From assembly GCF_000015585.1 (NCBI RefSeq), contig NC_008789.1, positions 510,001-542,000 of the forward strand: a DNA stretch of 32,000 bases. Direction: 5' to 3'. The first letter of the stretch is position 1, and every line of letters begins with the position of its first letter. Below the pieces are notes generated by a model, which made no database searches, was not told where the DNA came from, and worked only from the letters and a program-made list of their open reading frames with translations. Positions 17,727-26,534 of this stretch are shown here, in pieces. The DNA comes from Halorhodospira halophila SL1. Lineage in GTDB: Bacteria; Pseudomonadota; Gammaproteobacteria; Nitrococcales; Halorhodospiraceae. The position numbers and the translations under genes are program-made.

Positions 17727-19391
17727 TCAGGGGAGTCCCACCTCGTCCGCACCCCCGCTGTCGACCAGTTCGCGTTCGGCGTTCTGGAACTTGCGCAGAT
17801 AACGGGCGGACTTGGTGGCCTGATCCAGCGCCCGGCGCACCGCCGAGAGGCGATCGAGCACCGCCACCATCCGCCGGACCGGCAGGCGCCCCTCGGCGCC
17901 GGCACGCAGCAGGCGCTCCTTGATCGGCTGATACTGGCGGTCGAAGCCCTTCCGCACGGCCTTCACTGCCTGCCGATCCCAGGCGGAGAGGTCCTCACCG
18001 GTGGCCTCGATGCCGCGAACTGCCTCGGCGAGCAGGCGGTCCACTGCGGCGGCCAACTCCGGATCGTCGATGCGCGTCTCACCCCCCGCGTCCAGCTTCG
18101 CCAGGGCCACAGCCCGCTCGGCCATGTCCTGCTGGTACTGCGTCACCCGCAGCAGGTGGGCCAGGCTGTTGGCGAAGGCCGGATCACTCTGGCTGCGCTC
18201 GATGCGGTTGGCGAACTCGTTAATGGTCAGGGTCAACTGCTCCAGGACCCGGTACTCGCCCTCGAGCCACTCGCGCTGGGCCGGCCCGCCGCCACTGATC
18301 GCCGCGGTGACCATACCGCGCGCTATGGCCCCGGTGCGCTCGGCCTCCAGGCGCGCGGCATCCAGGGCCAGGGCCGGGGTGGCGAGGACGTTGTCATCCA
18401 GGTAGCGCGGCCGGCTGTGGCCGTCATCGCCCCGGCGAAAGCGCCGCTCCAGCCACGCCACCAGGCGGGGTGTGGCCGGCCACATCAGGGCCAGGCCGAG
18501 GAGCATCATCAGCGTGTGAAAAACGGCCAGCACCACCGCCTTGTGCGCCGCCAGACCCAGCCAGCCGACGATGTGGTGGGCCAGTTCCAGCAGCGGGACC
18601 AGGGCCGCCAACGCCGCCATCCCGGCCACCGTGTTGAAGATCACCTGGGCCGAGGCGGTGCGCTGGGCATTGGCGGTGGCCCCCAACGTGGCGAAGACCG
18701 CCGTCGAGGTAGTCCCCACCGCTGCTCCGATCACCGTGGCCGCCGCCGCCTGCTCGGGGACCAGCCCGCCGGCAGCAGCGGTCAGGGTGATGGCCAGCGC
18801 CGCCGAGGAAGACTGGGTGAGCGTGGTCAGCACCATGCCGATGGCGACGAACAGCAGCAGGCTCAGCACCCCGTAGCCGGCCAGGACGGCGAGCATGCCC
18901 GGGTCACCGAGGTCGGCAAACGTCCCGCGCAGGATATCCAGCCCCAGGAAGAACAGCCCGAGCCCGGCGATGGCATCCCCGAGCGCCTGCCGACGCCGGG
19001 AGCCAGCAACCACCCGCAGCCCCATGCCGATGCCGACGGCGGGCAGCGCCAGCGCCTGGAGGTCGACGTTGAAGCCGATCAGGGCCACGATCCAGCTGGT
19101 CAGGGTGGTCCCCAGGCTGGCGCCGTAGATCACCCCGATGGCCTGGGTCAGGGTCAGCAGCCCGGCGTTGACGAAGCCGACGGTGGCGAAGATCACCGCG
19201 CTCGACGACTGCACCGCGGCGGTAATCAACACCCCGGAGAACAGCCCCCGCAACCGCGAGCGCGTCGAGGCGGCAAGGATATCGCGCAGCGCGCCCCCGG
19301 CAGCAGCACGCAGGCCGTCGCTCATCAGCCGCATACCCAGCAGAAACAGGCCGATACCGCCCAGGAACGTGAAGACCTGCATGCCCCCCAT
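17727..19391 (-). CDS. Na/Pi cotransporter family protein with PhoU-like C-terminal domain (YjbB/NptA-like)
   Basis: 554 aa. N-terminal half has the duplicated Na/Pi-cotransporter II motif (QSSSA...). C-terminal half is helical and PhoU-like. ATG at 19391 is preceded by AGGAG. Confidence 0.85.
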   Translation of the reverse strand: MGGMQVFTFLGGIGLFLLGMRLMSDGLRAAAGGALRDILAASTRSRLRGLFSGVLITAAVQSSSAVIFATVGFVNAGLLTLTQAIGVIYGASLGTTLTSWIVALIGFNVDLQALALPAVGIGMGLRVVAGSRRRQALGDAIAGLGLFFLGLDILRGTFADLGDPGMLAVLAGYGVLSLLLFVAIGMVLTTLTQSSSAALAITLTAAAGGLVPEQAAAATVIGAAVGTTSTAVFATLGATANAQRTASAQVIFNTVAGMAALAALVPLLELAHHIVGWLGLAAHKAVVLAVFHTLMMLLGLALMWPATPRLVAWLERRFRRGDDGHSRPRYLDDNVLATPALALDAARLEAERTGAIARGMVTAAISGGGPAQREWLEGEYRVLEQLTLTINEFANRIERSQSDPAFANSLAHLLRVTQYQQDMAERAVALAKLDAGGETRIDDPELAAAVDRLLAEAVRGIEATGEDLSAWDRQAVKAVRKGFDRQYQPIKERLLRAGAEGRLPVRRMVAVLDRLSAVRRALDQATKSARYLRKFQNAERELVDSGGADEVGLP

Positions 19392-19468
19392 CGAGGACTC
19401 CTGTCGCCAAAAACCGATGCGTCGGGACGGGATGTTAGACTAAAGCGTCCTATGAAGTCGGTACTTCG

Positions 19469-20236
19469 ATGATCGCTCTGATCCTCGCCACGCTGCGCGA
19501 CGCCACCTCCCTGCTCCTGCGCGGCCTGCTCGTCGTCACCCTGCCCCTGATCGCCCTGATCCTGCTCGCCCTCCAGGGCACCGGTGCCGTCTACGCCGAG
19601 CTCGCGGAGCTCGCCTTCCCGCTGCGCCTGGCGCTAAGCGCCTGGGTGGCCGGCGTGGCCGTCGCTGGGGTCATCGCCCTGGGCACGCTACTGACCGCGG
19701 CCCAGAGCGGCTTGCCCCGCACCCACTACTTGGCCGGCTTCTGGCGGCTGGTGCGGCTGTGGATCGTGCAGGCCGTGTGGCTCATCCCGGCGGCGTTGCT
19801 CATCGCCGCCGTGGCCGCGCTGCTCGGTGATGCCGTGCGCGCACCGGTGGCCGAGTACGCTGACCTGCGCGCCGCCGCCCCGTGGACCACGGCGCCAGCA
19901 CTGGAGATCGCGACCGGACTGGTGCTGCACACGGCCATGCTCACCATCTCGGCCACCTGGCTGTGGCCGCCGGTGGTCCTGCTGCGCAGCGACGGGCGCA
20001 TCCGCGAGGGGCGTCCCATCGCCCGGCGGATGCTTCAGCGCATCGCCAGCCTGGAGTGGTTCCTGGTCTTGATGCTGATCCCGGTGCTGGCCGTCTCCCT
20101 GCTCTACCCACCGGCGGGATTACTCGGCGTGCTGCTGATCGTCCTCTGCCCGGCGGTCACCGTGGTGGCCATACAGCGCAGCAGCGACGCCTTCCGCCAC
20201 GCCACCAGCGGCCGCTTCCCCATCGTCTGGCGCTGA
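19469..20236 (+). CDS. Hypothetical polytopic membrane protein
   Basis: 255 aa with very high GC3 and about 6 hydrophobic segments. I recognise no family. It ends 47 nt upstream of dnaE2. Confidence 0.6.
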   Translation: MIALILATLRDATSLLLRGLLVVTLPLIALILLALQGTGAVYAELAELAFPLRLALSAWVAGVAVAGVIALGTLLTAAQSGLPRTHYLAGFWRLVRLWIVQAVWLIPAALLIAAVAALLGDAVRAPVAEYADLRAAAPWTTAPALEIATGLVLHTAMLTISATWLWPPVVLLRSDGRIREGRPIARRMLQRIASLEWFLVLMLIPVLAVSLLYPPAGLLGVLLIVLCPAVTVVAIQRSSDAFRHATSGRFPIVWR

Positions 20237-20283
20237 GTCTCCCCCTTGCCTTCCGGCGGGCAAGGCGGCAATCTACTGTTGCC

Positions 20284-23200
20284 ATGACCACTGTACAAAC
20301 AACCACATCTCCGGCGTACGCCGAACTCCACTGCCTGAGCGCCTTCACCTTCCGCCGCGGCGCCTCGCAGCCCGAGGAGCTGGTCGCCCGGGCCGCACAA
20401 CTGGACTACCACGCCCTGGCCATCACCGACGAGTGCTCGGTGGCCGGGGCCGTACGCGCCTGGCAGGCGGCACGGAGCCACGGCCTGCACTTGATCGTCG
20501 GCACCGAACTGCGCCCGGCCGATGGCCCGCGGGTCGTCCTCCTCGCCCCCACCCGTCAGGCCTACGGACAGCTCTGCGCCCTGATCAGCCTGGCCCGCGG
20601 CCGCGCGGCCAAGGGCGGCTACCACCTCACCCGGGAGGACCTGGACAGCGGCGCACCGGACTGCCTGGGGCTGCTCATCCCGGACGCCCCCCACCAGGAA
20701 GGGACCGAGACCGAGGCCCAGACCCGCTGGTTCGCCCGCCGCTTTGCCGGACGCGGTTACCTGGCGGTGGAACTACTCGGCGGCCCCGACGATGCCGCCC
20801 GCTGCCGGATGCTTGAGGCCCGTGCCGCCGCCGCGGGCCTGCCGGCGGTCGCGGCCACCGGCGCCGAGATGCACACCCGGGGCCGCCGGGCCCTGCACGA
20901 CACCCTGACCGCCATCCGCCACGGCCGCCCGGTCGCCGAGGTCACCGCCCACCTGGCCAGTAACGGCGAGCACCACCTGCGCCGGCGTCCGGCCCTGGCC
21001 GAACGCTACCCCCACCACCTGCTCGCACAGAGCACCGCCATCGCCGACCGCTGCACCTTCTCGCTGGACGAGTTGCGCTACGAGTACCCCGAGGAAGTCG
21101 TTCCCGAGGGCACGACACCGACGGCACACCTGCGCCAGCTGGTCGAGACCGGGGCCCGCCGGCGCTATCCCGACGGGGTGCCGGCAGCCGTGCAGGCCGG
21201 CTACGAACGCGAACTGGCGATCATTGCCGAGCTCGGCTACGAGCACTACTTCCTGACCGTCCACGATCTCGTCGCCTTCGCCCGCGGGCGGGGCATCCTC
21301 TGCCAGGGGCGCGGCTCGGCGGCCAACTCCGTCGTCTGCTTCTGCCTGGGGATCACCGAAGTGGATCCGGCGCACCAGTCGGTGCTCTTCGAGCGCTTCG
21401 TCTCCCGCGAACGTGGCGAGCCGCCGGATATCGACGTGGACTTCGAGCACCACCGGCGCGAAGAGGTCATCCAGTACATCTACCAGCGCTACGGCCGCCA
21501 CCGGGCCGCTCTGGCGGCCACGGTCATCGCCTACCGGCCCCGCTCGGCCGTGCGGGACGTGGCCAAGGCCCTGGGCCTGGAGCGCGAGAGCGTCGAGCGC
21601 CTGGCCAAGGGGCTGCAGCCCTGGGACCACTCCGCCGCCAACGACGAGCAGCTCCGCCAGGCCGGGCTCAACCCCGACGGCCCCATTGCGCGCCGACTGC
21701 GGATACTGGCCGGGGAGCTCCTCGGTTTCCCGCGCCACCTCTCGCAGCACGTCGGCGGGTTTGTCATCGCCCGCTGCCCAATCACCGAGCTGGTACCGGT
21801 GGAACCAGCCGCCATGGACGGGCGCACGGTGATCCAGTGGGACAAGGACGACCTGGAGGCGCTCGGACTGCTCAAGGTGGATGTCCTGGCCCTGGGCATG
21901 CTCAGCGTCATCCGCCGCGCCTTCGAGCTCATCCACCACTGGCGCGGCCATGCCTGGACCCTGGCCACTCTGCCGCCGGCCGATCCGGCCACCTACGCCA
22001 TGATCCAGCGCGCTGACACCCTGGGGGTCTTCCAGATCGAGTCGCGGGCGCAGATGGCCATGCTGCCGCGGATGCGCCCGCGCTGCTTCTACGACCTGGT
22101 CATCGAGATCTCCATCGTCCGCCCCGGCCCCATCCAGGGCGATATGGTCCACCCCTACCTGCGCCGGCGCGAGGGCAGCGAGCCGGTGGACTACCCATCC
22201 GAGGAGGTCCGTGGAGTTCTGGAGCGCACCCTCGGGGTACCGATCTTCCAGGAGCAGGCCATGGAGTTGGCCGTCGTGGCCGCCGGCTTCACCCCGGACG
22301 AGGCCGACCGGCTGCGTCGCTCCATGGCCGCCTGGCGCAAGAAGGGCGGACTGGCACCGCTGCGTGAGCGGCTCATCGAGGGGATGCGCGAGCGCGGCTA
22401 CTCCAGCGCCTACGCCGAACGCCTCTACCGGCAGATCGAGGGCTTCGGCGAGTACGGCTTCCCGGAGTCCCACGCCGCCAGCTTCGCGCTGCTCGTCTAC
22501 GCCTCGGCCTGGCTCAAGTGCCATGAGCCGGCGGCCTTCGCCGCCGCCCTGCTCAACAGCCAGCCGATGGGCTTCTACGCCCCGGCGCAGATCATCCGCG
22601 ACACCCGGGAGCACGACGTGGCGGTGCGCCCGGTGGACGTGCGCTTCAGCGAGCCGGCGTGCACGCTCGAACCCCCGCAGCCGCCGGACAGCCCATCAGG
22701 CGCCGGCTCGCAACCGGCCCTCCGCCTGGGGCTGAACCAGATCCGCGGCCTGTCCACCGCCGGCGCCGAGCGGATCGCCGCCGCCCGCTCCCGGGCGCCC
22801 TTCACCGGGGTCAACGACCTCAAGCGCCGCGCGCACCTGTCCCGGGCCGATATTCACGCCCTGGCCCGCGCCGACGCGCTGCGCGGCATCGCCGGGCACC
22901 GCCGGGCGGCCAGCTGGGCAGCCCTGGGCGCCGACGAGGGGACCGCCCTGATCCCTCCCCCGCCGGCCGAGGCCGGCCGACCGAGCCTCGCCCCCGCCCG
23001 CGAGTCCCAGGCAGTCCTGGCCGACTACGCCAGCACCGGCTTCACCCTGCGCCGCCATCCGCTCGCGTTCCTGCGCCGGCAGCTCCGGGCTCGGCGCTAC
23101 CGCAGTGCCGCCGAGCTCGCCACCGCAGAGGACGGCCGTTCGATACGGGCTGCCGGGCTGGTGATCAACCGCCAGCGCCCCGGCTCGGCCGGGGGGATCA

Positions 23201-23418
23201 CCTTCGTTACGCTGGAGGATGAGACCGGTCGGATCAATCTGGTGGTGCGCCGCGCCACCGCCGAGGCCCAGTCCCGCCCCTTGCTCGAGGCCCGGCTTCT
23301 GGGGGTGGCCGGCACCTGGCAGTACCGGCACGGCGTCGGGCACCTGATCGCCGGCCGGCTGGAGGATCTGTCGGGACTGATCGGCGAACTGGACGTCCGC
23401 TCCCGCGACTTCGGCTAA
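20284..23418 (+). CDS. dnaE2: Error-prone DNA polymerase III alpha-like subunit DnaE2 (ImuC)
   Basis: Start taken at ATG 20284 (MTTVQTTTSPAYAELHCLSAFTFRRGASQPEELV...). About 1044 aa. The DnaE2-type N-terminal PHP domain (YAELHC.S.F.F.RGAS.PEEL) and the length distinguish it from DnaE1. Confidence 0.9.
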   Translation: MTTVQTTTSPAYAELHCLSAFTFRRGASQPEELVARAAQLDYHALAITDECSVAGAVRAWQAARSHGLHLIVGTELRPADGPRVVLLAPTRQAYGQLCALISLARGRAAKGGYHLTREDLDSGAPDCLGLLIPDAPHQEGTETEAQTRWFARRFAGRGYLAVELLGGPDDAARCRMLEARAAAAGLPAVAATGAEMHTRGRRALHDTLTAIRHGRPVAEVTAHLASNGEHHLRRRPALAERYPHHLLAQSTAIADRCTFSLDELRYEYPEEVVPEGTTPTAHLRQLVETGARRRYPDGVPAAVQAGYERELAIIAELGYEHYFLTVHDLVAFARGRGILCQGRGSAANSVVCFCLGITEVDPAHQSVLFERFVSRERGEPPDIDVDFEHHRREEVIQYIYQRYGRHRAALAATVIAYRPRSAVRDVAKALGLERESVERLAKGLQPWDHSAANDEQLRQAGLNPDGPIARRLRILAGELLGFPRHLSQHVGGFVIARCPITELVPVEPAAMDGRTVIQWDKDDLEALGLLKVDVLALGMLSVIRRAFELIHHWRGHAWTLATLPPADPATYAMIQRADTLGVFQIESRAQMAMLPRMRPRCFYDLVIEISIVRPGPIQGDMVHPYLRRREGSEPVDYPSEEVRGVLERTLGVPIFQEQAMELAVVAAGFTPDEADRLRRSMAAWRKKGGLAPLRERLIEGMRERGYSSAYAERLYRQIEGFGEYGFPESHAASFALLVYASAWLKCHEPAAFAAALLNSQPMGFYAPAQIIRDTREHDVAVRPVDVRFSEPACTLEPPQPPDSPSGAGSQPALRLGLNQIRGLSTAGAERIAAARSRAPFTGVNDLKRRAHLSRADIHALARADALRGIAGHRRAASWAALGADEGTALIPPPPAEAGRPSLAPARESQAVLADYASTGFTLRRHPLAFLRRQLRARRYRSAAELATAEDGRSIRAAGLVINRQRPGSAGGITFVTLEDETGRINLVVRRATAEAQSRPLLEARLLGVAGTWQYRHGVGHLIAGRLEDLSGLIGELDVRSRDFG

Positions 23419-23807
23419 CCGCCCTTCTTGAAGGCCGACAGGCGGCGCCGCTCACGCCGGTCGGGGCGATGGCTGGGCCGCGGCATGGACGCGGCGGCCG
23501 CACGGCGCTGCTCGGCCTGCTGCTGACGCCGCTGGCGGCTGGCTTCGGTCTCCTCGTAGAGGGTCTCGGCCACCTTGGCAGGGCCACGCTCCTCGGCCAC
23601 ATCGCGGACGATCACCTCGAAGCGCTGCTGCGCCTTGGTAATGGTCAGCCGATCCCCAGGGCGCACCGCCCGGCTCGGCTTGGCCTTGCCGCCGCCGACG
23701 TCGACCTTGCCGCCCTGCACCGCCTCGACGGCCAGACGGCGGGTCTTGAAGAACCGCGCCGCCCACAACCACCGATCCAGGCGCACCGATGCCGAACCAT
23801 CACTCAT
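23415..23807 (-). CDS. hslR: Ribosome-associated heat shock protein Hsp15 (S4-domain RNA-binding protein)
   Basis: 130 aa with S4 motif RLDRWLWAARFFKTRRLA and a basic C-terminal tail. Confidence 0.85.
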   Translation of the reverse strand: MSDGSASVRLDRWLWAARFFKTRRLAVEAVQGGKVDVGGGKAKPSRAVRPGDRLTITKAQQRFEVIVRDVAEERGPAKVAETLYEETEASRQRRQQQAEQRRAAAASMPRPSHRPDRRERRRLSAFKKGG

Positions 23808-23854
23808 GCCAATGCCCCTCTGCCGTACGGCTCCGTGGTCGCGCTGCCGCCCCC

Positions 23855-24349
23855 CTAGAGCGTCAGCTCGCGGCTCGCCACCACCACGCCGTCTTCGTCC
23901 GCGTAGAGCCAGTCACCGGACTGGATGGTGACCCCGGCGAAGGTCACCGAGACGTCGCGCTCCCCGAGCCCCTTCTTCTGACTCTTGAGCGGGTGCGTAT
24001 TGAGCGCCTGGACGCCGAAGTCGATCTGCGCCAGCTCGGCACTGTCGCGCACACAGCCGTAGATGATGGCGCCGGACCAGCCGTTCTCCCGCCCCAGCTC
24101 GGCCAGTCGGTCGCCGAGCAGGGCGCAGCGCATGGACCCGCCGCCGTCGACCACCAGCACGCCGCCGTCCCCGGGTGCGCTGAGCAGCTCGCGCACGCGG
24201 ACGTTATCCTCGAACAGCTTGAGCGTGGTCACCGGGCCGCCGAAGCGCGCACGCCCGCCGTAGCCGATCAGCATCGGGTTCATCGCGCGCAGCTGCGCCC
24301 CCGGCTCGTCGGCGTAGGCATCACAAAGATCGGTGGTGAGCAGCGCCAT
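23855..24349 (-). CDS. rraA: Ribonuclease E activity regulator RraA
   Basis: Start taken at ATG 24349 (MALLTTDLCDAY...), preceded by AGGAGG. About 164 aa and matches the RraA/MenG family pattern throughout. Confidence 0.9.
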   Translation of the reverse strand: MALLTTDLCDAYADEPGAQLRAMNPMLIGYGGRARFGGPVTTLKLFEDNVRVRELLSAPGDGGVLVVDGGGSMRCALLGDRLAELGRENGWSGAIIYGCVRDSAELAQIDFGVQALNTHPLKSQKKGLGERDVSVTFAGVTIQSGDWLYADEDGVVVASRELTL

Positions 24350-24435
24350 GGCGCCTCCTGTCGTACTCCAACTGGCTGGTGTGCAGGGTGTTGGTTTAAG
24401 GTAACCGTCTGAACGCCGACTGGGTACCAAAGGCC

Positions 24436-25398
24436 ATGAGCGCACAGCACGCCGCGCACGCGCAAGCCGACACCATCACCGCCCTGGGAGCGTATCTCAC
24501 CACCCTGGCCGAGAGCCACGGCCAGGACGAGGTCGCACAGGCCCTGTGCGAGATCGCCACCCAGACGCTGCCGCGCAGCTGTGGCGAGCTCTGGCAGCTC
24601 TCGCTCGATCGCGAGGGCTGGTACCACGGCGGGGGCTGGCAGACCGGCACCGTCCTGCCACCGCAGGGGTACACCCTGCGGGCGACGCTGCCCCGGGGCC
24701 CCACCGACGAACTGCGCCTGCCCCTGCAGGCCCACGGCCTGACCGTCGGCGAGGTCCGGGCCCCCTATGAGGGCCTTGAGTCGGAGCAGGAGCAGCAGCT
24801 GCTGCAGACCCTGAGCACCGCCGCGGCCATCAGCCTTTCCGGTCACCTGCTGCAGCGCCGGGTCCGCCACCGCAATGTCCGGGATCCGCTCACCGGCCTG
24901 TTCAACCGGCGCTACCTCGAGGACACCCTCGAGCGCGAACTCCACCGCGCCCGCCGGGTGAACGCCGGGCTGGTGCTGATCCGCCTGGAGGTCGACACCC
25001 TGGATGCCTTCGCCGCCGAACACGGCAGCGAAACCGCGGACCGGCTGATGCAGGCCATGGCCGACGCCGTCCACCACGCCTTCCGCGGCTCGGACGTCTG
25101 CTGCCGGGCCGGTGATGACGGCTTCGGTATCCTGCTCCCCGATGCCAGCCTGGATAACGGCGCCATGCGCGCCGAGGCGGTGCGCGAGGAACTCGCCGAG
25201 CTGCGCATCCATCAGCGCGGTCGCCCCCTCGGGCCGGTGACGGTCTCCGCCGGCGTCGCCGCCTATCCGGATCACAGCAGCAACCGGGACCTGTTGCTCG
25301 ATGCCGCCGAGAGCGCGGTCACCCGGGCCCGCGACGAAGGCGGCGACGTGCTGCGCATCGCTGAGCTCGTCTCGCCCCCCAATCCCAACCAGATCTGA
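24436..25398 (+). CDS. GAF-like sensor plus GGDEF-domain protein with a degenerate active site (AGDDGF) and retained RxxD I-site
   Basis: 320 aa. GGDEF-domain blocks DPLTGLFNRRYL and ...FRGSDVCCRAGDDGFGILLP. The canonical RxGGDEF is replaced by RAGDDGF, while RGSD lies at the I-site position. Confidence 0.85.
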   Translation: MSAQHAAHAQADTITALGAYLTTLAESHGQDEVAQALCEIATQTLPRSCGELWQLSLDREGWYHGGGWQTGTVLPPQGYTLRATLPRGPTDELRLPLQAHGLTVGEVRAPYEGLESEQEQQLLQTLSTAAAISLSGHLLQRRVRHRNVRDPLTGLFNRRYLEDTLERELHRARRVNAGLVLIRLEVDTLDAFAAEHGSETADRLMQAMADAVHHAFRGSDVCCRAGDDGFGILLPDASLDNGAMRAEAVREELAELRIHQRGRPLGPVTVSAGVAAYPDHSSNRDLLLDAAESAVTRARDEGGDVLRIAELVSPPNPNQI

Positions 25399-25420
25399 CC
25401 GAATCGAGAAAGGAGCCACC

Positions 25421-26530
25421 TTGTCTGCCGAAACCCTGCGCGTGACCTACTACCTGACCTGCCGCCCCGGCGAAGATCCCCACGACAAGGCCAAGGGCAT
25501 CGCGCTCGAGCAGAGCGCCGAGCTGCCCTCGCGCTGCATCCCGGAGCACGTCTACGACGACGTGGTGCCGACGATCCAGGAGCTAACAGCGCTGGAGGAC
25601 GGCCGCCACCGCCTGGTTCTCGACTTCCCGGAGGCGATCACCGGCCTCGAACCGACCCAGCTGATCAACAACCTGTTCGGCAATATCTCGCTCAAGAGCG
25701 GGATCCGCCTGGCCGACGTGGAGTGGACGCCCAACCTCCTGCGCGCCCTGGGCGGGCCGCGCTACGGGACCGCCGGCGTACGCGAGATGCTCGGCATCGG
25801 CGAGCGGCCGATCAGCTCCACGGCGCTCAAACCCCTGGGCCTGGACACCGCCACGCTGGCGGGCTTCTGCGCCGACTTTGCCCGCGGCGGCATCGACCTG
25901 ATCAAAGACGACCACGGGCTCTGCGACCAGGACACCTCCCGCTTCGTCGATCGCGTGCAGGCCTGCCAGCGGGCGGTCAACGAGGTCAATGCCGAGACCG
26001 GCGGCCGCTCGCTCTACCTACCCAATGTCACCGGCCCCCGCTGGGAGCTGGACAAGCGCCTCGACGCCGCGCAGGAGGCCGGCTGCAAGGCGGTCCTCAT
26101 CTGCCCCTTCCTCACCGGTCTCGATGCGCTGATCTGGGCCCGCGAACGCTACGACATGGCCCTGATGGCCCACCCGGCCTTCGCCGGCGCGGTGGCCGGC
26201 GCCGAGCACGGCATCGACCCCGCCCTGCTGCTCGGCGAGATCACCCGCCTGTTCGGTGCGGATATGGTGGTCTACACCAACGCCGAGGGGCGCTTCCCCA
26301 CTTACGATCAGGCGCTGTGCGACCGCATCAACGACCGGCTGCGCCGCCCCCTGGGCGACATCCGCCCGGCTCTGCCCACGCCGGGCGGCGGTGTGGACGC
26401 CGCACGCGCGCCGTATTGGGCCGAGCGCTACGGGCCCGACGTGGTACTGCTGATCGGTGGCAGCCTCTACGCCCAGGGCGATCGGGCCGCCGCCGCACGC
26501 CGTCTGCAGGATGTGGTAGAGGGTCAGTAA
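25421..26530 (+). CDS. RuBisCO-like protein (form IV RuBisCO large-subunit homolog)
   Basis: TTG start at 25421, 5 nt after AAAGGAG. About 369 aa. RuBisCO large-chain blocks are diverged: LKPLGL (for KPKLGL), GGIDLIKDDH (for GGxDFxKDDE), PTPGGGV and LLIGGS. Confidence 0.85.
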   Translation: MSAETLRVTYYLTCRPGEDPHDKAKGIALEQSAELPSRCIPEHVYDDVVPTIQELTALEDGRHRLVLDFPEAITGLEPTQLINNLFGNISLKSGIRLADVEWTPNLLRALGGPRYGTAGVREMLGIGERPISSTALKPLGLDTATLAGFCADFARGGIDLIKDDHGLCDQDTSRFVDRVQACQRAVNEVNAETGGRSLYLPNVTGPRWELDKRLDAAQEAGCKAVLICPFLTGLDALIWARERYDMALMAHPAFAGAVAGAEHGIDPALLLGEITRLFGADMVVYTNAEGRFPTYDQALCDRINDRLRRPLGDIRPALPTPGGGVDAARAPYWAERYGPDVVLLIGGSLYAQGDRAAAARRLQDVVEGQ

Positions 26531-26534
26531 CGGC

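Noticed and set aside
14954-17923. 989-aa plus-strand ORF.
   Set aside because: It is fully antisense to the well-supported P-type ATPase gene. The translated sequence is Arg/Gly/Asp/His-rich with no recognisable domain. Stop-poor antisense frames are typical of GC-rich DNA.
20237-20300. Possible LexA/SOS box near the dnaE2 start (TACTGTTGCCATGACCACTGTACA).
   Set aside because: The two CTGT elements are direct rather than inverted, and their spacing does not fit CTGT-N8-ACAG. The sequence also overlaps the start codon. It is not a credible gammaproteobacterial SOS box.
20773-22614. 613-aa minus-strand ORF.
   Set aside because: It is antisense to dnaE2 and low-complexity (Gly/Ala/Arg/Asp/Val) with no motifs. 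The same artefact explains 10084..11529(+), 12553..13917(+), 3904..5154(+), 3282..4262(+), 18156..19472(+), 24280..25419(-), 5751..6740(-), 29410..30447(+) and the other embedded ORFs in the track.
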